Both the position numbers and the translations under genes were made by a program. DNA of 64,000 nt from assembly GCA_046075565.1 (NCBI GenBank), contig JBJTQJ010000112.1:25542-89541 (forward strand), given 5' to 3'. Origin of the DNA: Verrucomicrobiales bacterium. Lineage in GTDB: Bacteria > Verrucomicrobiota > Verrucomicrobiia > Verrucomicrobiales > SLCJ01. A model generated the notes under the pieces. That model was not told the DNA's origin and made no database searches. It saw only the letters and a list, made by a program, of their open reading frames with translations. Within the stretch, counting starts at the first letter, position 1. Every line of letters starts with the position of its first letter. Below are positions 59,426 to 64,000 of the stretch, in pieces.

Positions 59426-60736
59426 TCACTTTGCCCCATCAAGGGTGCTGAAGTCGATCTGCGGGCGTTTCGCTGGAGTCGGTGGCCGATTGAACCCGGT
59501 GTTCAGCGGCACGGATTCGGAAAAGAAGCCGCCATTGCGAAGGAAGAACCCTTCGCCTTCGACACCGCCTGCGTAGTCGAGACGATAGCGTCGGCTGGCG
59601 ATGTCGTCGCCGGTAAAGCGGGCGCGGGTCAGTTCGTGCCACTCGCCGTTCGTGTCGCGCGCCCACTGGTTGCCATGGATGGCGCGGCGTCCGAGATAGC
59701 CGTTGCGATCCGCGAAGTTCTCGAGGAAGGAATGGATTCCGCCAAGATGTTTGTTGGTTTTCGGACGCACGAAACCGGCGATGAGCCTCCACTTGCCTTC
59801 TTCCGGCGCGAAGAACCAGCCGGTGTAAATGGTATTCCCTTGTCCGTCCGGGCGGGCGCGGTTCAGGAATCGGTAAGTGGTTCCCGCTTTCCATGGGAAG
59901 GTCAGGAAGCTCTGCCTGCCGGAGCCTTCGTTCCCGAACTCGCCGGTCTTCACTCCTTCTCCCGTGGCCATTACGTTGACGCGTTGGTCCTCGGGTATGC
60001 TCTTCGGGTTGTTGGTATGGAATGGACTCCACACGGAAAAGAGGATCCAGCGCTCCGCCTGGTTTCGAACCTGCATACCGAAGTAGCCTTCGCCGAATCC
60101 GTTGGCCATGAAATAGGAACCGGCGGGATCCTGTCCTTCCGGCACCGTTAATTCGCTGTAGAAGTATTCCAAGGTTTTCCCGGGCGGAGTTTGGTAGGAA
60201 AGATGCACCGATGGTCCGCGCCTTCCCCAATAAAATCGGTTTGCCTCCGCGCTGTTCACGAAGTCCGGCCTCAGATTGTTTTCAGATGATCTGAAGAGCA
60301 AGGCCTCCACTTCGGCAAAAACCGCACCGGCTTTCCGGATGCCCTGCAGATCCACCCGCAAATAGCCTGCGGCTTTGGCGGATACACGGCCGAATGCGAC
60401 GTCCTGCGTCTCCGAACCACTGACGGATTTTTCGAAGACTTGGCTCCCGACACTCGCCCGGATGACCGATTCTCCTTCGGGCACTTTCAGTCGGAGCGAG
60501 AGATCGAGTTCGGCCGGGCGGTCGATTCGGAAATAGATGGAAAATACACTTTTTTCATCCTGCCATGTCCGGATGCCGGCCGGCTCCACGCGATCCCTTG
60601 AGCCATCGGCGGAGGTCGTAAGATAGGCATTGCCACCGAGGGGCACGAGCCATTCAAAGACCTCGGCAGCCATCGCTTGAGCCGCAAAGGCCGCGCTCAG
60701 GGCGAGACCAATGGCCAGATTTCGCAAAAGTTGCAT
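59426..60736 (-). CDS. DUF5077/DUF3472 domain protein
   Basis: VPLGGNAY, FYWGRRGPSVHL, GSYFMANGFGEGYFGMQV, LFSVWSP, GEFGNEGSG, HSFLENF. The ORF-track N-terminal extension is REP-derived. Confidence 0.85.
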   Translation of the reverse strand: MQLLRNLAIGLALSAAFAAQAMAAEVFEWLVPLGGNAYLTTSADGSRDRVEPAGIRTWQDEKSVFSIYFRIDRPAELDLSLRLKVPEGESVIRASVGSQVFEKSVSGSETQDVAFGRVSAKAAGYLRVDLQGIRKAGAVFAEVEALLFRSSENNLRPDFVNSAEANRFYWGRRGPSVHLSYQTPPGKTLEYFYSELTVPEGQDPAGSYFMANGFGEGYFGMQVRNQAERWILFSVWSPFHTNNPKSIPEDQRVNVMATGEGVKTGEFGNEGSGRQSFLTFPWKAGTTYRFLNRARPDGQGNTIYTGWFFAPEEGKWRLIAGFVRPKTNKHLGGIHSFLENFADRNGYLGRRAIHGNQWARDTNGEWHELTRARFTGDDIASRRYRLDYAGGVEGEGFFLRNGGFFSESVPLNTGFNRPPTPAKRPQIDFSTLDGAK

Positions 60737-60799
60737 GCCTGAAAGGAGTGTCACGGAATGGATGGAATGCAAGGTCAATGAGAAGGTCAGGTCTTCCCC

Positions 60800-60977
60800 G
60801 GCATTGTCGTCCCCACCCAGCGGAACGCGAAGGCGTTCCGCTACGACATGAAAATTCCCCGCGCGAAGAGGCTTCTTCAGTAGCGGCACCGCTTCCGGTG
60901 CCGATGGCGAACGACATGCCAGATCTCCGCAGGCATTGTCGTCCCCACCCAGCGGAACGCGAAGGCGTTCCGCTACG
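60800..60977. repeat. Exact 46-bp direct repeat (REP family shared with 44.2 kb)
   Basis: GGCATTGTCGTCCCCACCCAGCGGAACGCGAAGGCGTTCCGCTACG at 60800-60845 and 60932-60977, flanking AGTAGCGGCACCGCTTCCGGTGCCG. Confidence 0.88.
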
Positions 60978-61104
60978 GCTTGTAGGATGTGCGCACAGCA
61001 CCGGCTCATTCTGCCGAGTATCCACGGTAAGGCAGTGAGAATCCGATACGATTTAAGGGAAGGACCTCATATTCTTTCAATGGTCAAACTTTCCAAGCCG
61101 TGGC

Positions 61105-62028
61105 TCATCCCACCTTCTTCCGGAAAAACTCCAGCGTGGAGGCCAATCCTTCTTGCAGGCTGTGCCCGGGGGTCCATCCGGCGGCGCGGAGTTTGTCGGC
61201 GCTGGCCCGTGAATGCCGGACATCCCCGGCGCGTTCCGGACCGTGGATGATCTTCGATGAAGAGCCCGCCGCCTTGATCAAACCTTCGGCCAGATCATTG
61301 ATGGTGATGGCACCGCCGTATCCCGCATTGAAAACCCCGGTGACCCCGGGTGTTTCGACCGCGAAGGAGAGGGCGCCCGCGATATCTTTCACATAGATGA
61401 AGTCACGCGTCTGTCCGCCATCGCCATTGATCACGAGGTCATCACCGCGCAGGGCCTTCTCGATGAAGATGGGCACGGCGGCGGCATAGGCACCTTTCGG
61501 ATCCTGCCTGGGTCCGAAGACATTGAAGAAGCGGATGGCGGCGGTTTCGAGATTGCCCTCGTTGCTGAACATGTTCAGATAGTATTCGCCATCGAGTTTG
61601 GTGATGGCGTATGGGCTTTTCGGCTCGGGGAACATGGTTTCGATCTTCGGCACCACCGGATTGTCGCCGTAAATCGCCGCCGAGGAGGCGAAGACCAGCT
61701 TCTTGACGCCGGCTGCCGCCGCTTCCTCGAGCACATTCAGAAGCCCGTGCACGTTGAGGTTCACACATTCGCCCGGTTTGCCCATGGATTCCGGCACACT
61801 GACCAGTGCCGCGAGGTGGAAAATGTAATCAACGCCCTGCACCGCTTGGCGCACGAGTTCGCGGTCGGTGATCGAGCCTTCGATGAAGGTATGGCGCAAT
61901 CCGTCGAGGTTGTGGCGATAGCCGGTGCGCAGGTTGTCGAGCACGCGGATCTCCTCCGCGCGATCCTGGTAAAATTCAACGATGTGAGAACCGATGAAGC
62001 CGGCTCCGCCGGTGACGAGAATTTTCAT
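61105..62028 (-). CDS. NAD-dependent epimerase/dehydratase (UDP-Glc/GlcNAc 4-epimerase-like)
   Basis: VTGGAGFIGSH, HLAA, ASSAAIYG, YAITK (YxxxK), FNVFGPRQD, QTRDFIYV. Confidence 0.92.
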   Translation of the reverse strand: MKILVTGGAGFIGSHIVEFYQDRAEEIRVLDNLRTGYRHNLDGLRHTFIEGSITDRELVRQAVQGVDYIFHLAALVSVPESMGKPGECVNLNVHGLLNVLEEAAAAGVKKLVFASSAAIYGDNPVVPKIETMFPEPKSPYAITKLDGEYYLNMFSNEGNLETAAIRFFNVFGPRQDPKGAYAAAVPIFIEKALRGDDLVINGDGGQTRDFIYVKDIAGALSFAVETPGVTGVFNAGYGGAITINDLAEGLIKAAGSSSKIIHGPERAGDVRHSRASADKLRAAGWTPGHSLQEGLASTLEFFRKKVG

Positions 62029-62062
62029 GATGGGTTGCGGCGGGGTAGGGGGTTCGCGGATA

Positions 62063-63190
62063 TCATCCGGCATGGAAGGCGACGAGTTTTTCCATCTCGG
62101 GAAGTCGCTTCTCGATGGCCGCGACGAAGGCGAACTGGTTCCGGCAGCGGTCGAGATTGTGCTCGGGACGTTTGATCTTGAAATAAACATCCCCCGAGAG
62201 ATAATCGGTGAGGAAACGGATGCCGCATTCAAGGGTCAGCAACTTGCCGGCGAAGGCAAGGTTCTCCAGTTCGGCGGCATTGAGGAAGGATTTTGCGGAA
62301 GCAAGATAACCGCGCACGAGGGCCTCGAAGCGATCCAGACGCAGGTCGAGTTTGTTCAGATCAGTCGCGTCTTCCCTCGTCGTCGGCGTGGCCGTGCGCA
62401 CCATGTCGCCGAAGTCGTAGAGCGCGGAGCCCGGCATGGTCGTGTCCAGATCAATCACGCATACGCCTTCCGCCGTTTTGTTGTCGAGAAGCACGTTGTT
62501 GAGTTTGGTGTCGTTGTGGGTCACCCGCTCGGGAATCACGCCCGAAGCGATAAGGTCGGTGATGCGTGAACAATCCGCCGCCCGGGCTTCCACGAAAGCA
62601 ATCTCGGCTTTCACTTCCGCCGCCCGGTTGGCCGAATCCGCCGCGATGGCCGCCCTGAGGGCATCGAGCCGCTTGGGCGTGTGGTGGAAATGGGGGATCG
62701 TCTCATGAAGCCGCTCGCCACCGAGTCCCGCCGCCAGCTTCTGGAAGTTGCCGAAGGCTTTGGCCGCCTCGTAGGCCTGCTCGTTGGACTGGATCTCGTC
62801 GTGGCCGGTGGCGTGTTCGATGAAGGGATACACGCGCCAGTAGTTGCCGGTGGCATCCACCGCATAGGGCTGGCCATCAACCCCCGGGATGCAGGTCAGG
62901 GTCCGCCGCCTCGCCTCGGGATTTCCCTCTTCAATCAATCTCCCCAACGAATGCCGGGTCACCCGTGCGATGTTTTCCATCAATTGGACTGGCGTCTTGA
63001 AAACATTGGTGTTGATGCGTTGCAGGATGTAACGGAGCGGACGTAGGCCGACTTGATCGAAATTGGCGCAGTAGGTGTCATTGATATGACCGGAGCCATA
63101 TGGCGCGCCGTCGATAAAGTCGGCGCGCAGGTCGAAGAGAGCGGCGATTTGCCGAAGATCGGGGGTTGTTGGGGAAGGCACTTTGCTCAT
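62063..63190 (-). CDS. Aminoglycoside-phosphotransferase-family kinase (N-acetylhexosamine 1-kinase-like)
   Basis: GSGHINDTY, YILQRIN, ETIPHFHHT, HNDTKLNN, IDLDT, YDFGD, GIRFLTDYL.GD.YFK. Confidence 0.85.
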   Translation of the reverse strand: MSKVPSPTTPDLRQIAALFDLRADFIDGAPYGSGHINDTYCANFDQVGLRPLRYILQRINTNVFKTPVQLMENIARVTRHSLGRLIEEGNPEARRRTLTCIPGVDGQPYAVDATGNYWRVYPFIEHATGHDEIQSNEQAYEAAKAFGNFQKLAAGLGGERLHETIPHFHHTPKRLDALRAAIAADSANRAAEVKAEIAFVEARAADCSRITDLIASGVIPERVTHNDTKLNNVLLDNKTAEGVCVIDLDTTMPGSALYDFGDMVRTATPTTREDATDLNKLDLRLDRFEALVRGYLASAKSFLNAAELENLAFAGKLLTLECGIRFLTDYLSGDVYFKIKRPEHNLDRCRNQFAFVAAIEKRLPEMEKLVAFHAG

Positions 63191-63499
63191 TACGGGAAAA
63201 TGTCCTTGTGCCACGCCGGAGGGTCAACCGGGAAGATTCTCCGCGTCATGCGCCAGTAGGGAGGGAGCATGGCCCACGGCCCTCTGCCTCCGGGCATCCG
63301 CCGTAGCCATTGAACGTCGGTTTCCCTTGCAACCACGGGGTATTGGCGGCGCGTATGTGAATTTGCCGTAACGGGTAATCTGTTCCGCACTGGTTGGATG
63401 TTAAAACCAGAAAGCATGTATTGCCGTGATCATCCCGATTCGATATTATTGGACTAACCAAAACCGGATCCCACCCATCCATCTCCAACCAGGAAAACG

Positions 63500-64000
63500 A
63501 TGCCCATGAAAACACGCTCCCGCAAACTCCGCTTACGCTCCATCTTCCCGGTTCTGCCGGTTGTCGCCGCTCTCGTCGGCAATAGTTTTGCGGCAGCGAT
63601 CAACAAGGACACCGACGGCACCGACCTCACGGACACCGGCTCATGGGTTGGCGATGTCGTGCCCGGTTCCGGCGATGTCGCAACCTGGGTCACCGGTTCG
63701 CTCGGCGGGGCATCGACCATTGCCACTGCCCAGTCATGGCAGGGGATAGACGTGCAAAGTGCCACCACCGCCATCACCACCTCGGGCGCGGGCACGCTCA
63801 CCCTCGGCACATCCGGCATCAATATCGCCAGCGGCGGCGTGAACCTCACCCTCGGCATGAGCCGGACCTTCAGTGCCAGCTCCAACATCACCGTCGGCGC
63901 GGGGCGTATTCTCACCTTGAATGGTGGCACCGGCATCACCACCACCTTCGCGGATGGCACCACGACAACCCTTAACGGCGCGGGTGAAGTTGCGATCGGT
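63500..64000 (+). CDS. Partial large exported beta-strand-repeat (autotransporter-passenger-like) protein
   Basis: Open frame from ATG 63500 to the window end: signal peptide, W.G..VPG.GD.ATW, then Gly/Thr-rich repeats such as TLTLGTSGI. Confidence 0.75.
   Translation, partial: MPMKTRSRKLRLRSIFPVLPVVAALVGNSFAAAINKDTDGTDLTDTGSWVGDVVPGSGDVATWVTGSLGGASTIATAQSWQGIDVQSATTAITTSGAGTLTLGTSGINIASGGVNLTLGMSRTFSASSNITVGAGRILTLNGGTGITTTFADGTTTTLNGAGEVAIG

Noticed and set aside
60800-60977. CRISPR array
   Set aside because: Only two 46-bp repeats with an 86-bp palindromic spacer related to REP units at 44.2 kb; no cas genes.

Overview
This is a GC-rich bacterial chromosomal segment whose gene content points to Verrucomicrobiota/PVC (DUF1549/DUF1553 cytochrome c proteins with DUF1501, and autotransporter-type beta-strand repeat proteins). 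The taxonomy is inferred, not verified. Housekeeping genes are fabD, pdxA, argG, rsfS, cinA, rpmE-prfA-prmC-murA and tRNA-Val(GAC). Accessory blocks: (i) a tandemly duplicated PSD1/cytochrome c + DUF1501 module; (ii) a Y1/HUH transposase embedded in REP-like palindromes, with at least five further palindromic repeat families in intergenic spaces; (iii) a ~17 kb surface-glycan-type locus holding five divergent QueC-like PP-loop/Zn-site ATPase paralogs, an AsnB-type amidotransferase, a pyruvyl-transferase-like protein, GT2, GT-C, a tryptophan-dioxygenase-like gene and a neighbouring DevBCA-like exporter, which is the best candidate for an undescribed system; (iv) three tandem LTxxQ-repeat membrane-anchored paralogs divergent from an ECF sigma factor; (v) a RelE-like toxin-antitoxin pair; (vi) a three-sialidase/DUF3472/GalE/NahK-like glycan-use block after tRNA-Val. 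Seven in-frame stops or frameshifts cluster at 26-41 kb, and one more lies at ~53.2 kb; these may be decay or assembly error. An inverted DnaA-box pair lies at ~15 kb and a candidate structured RNA at ~17.1 kb. All calls come from reading motifs by eye; no searches were run.
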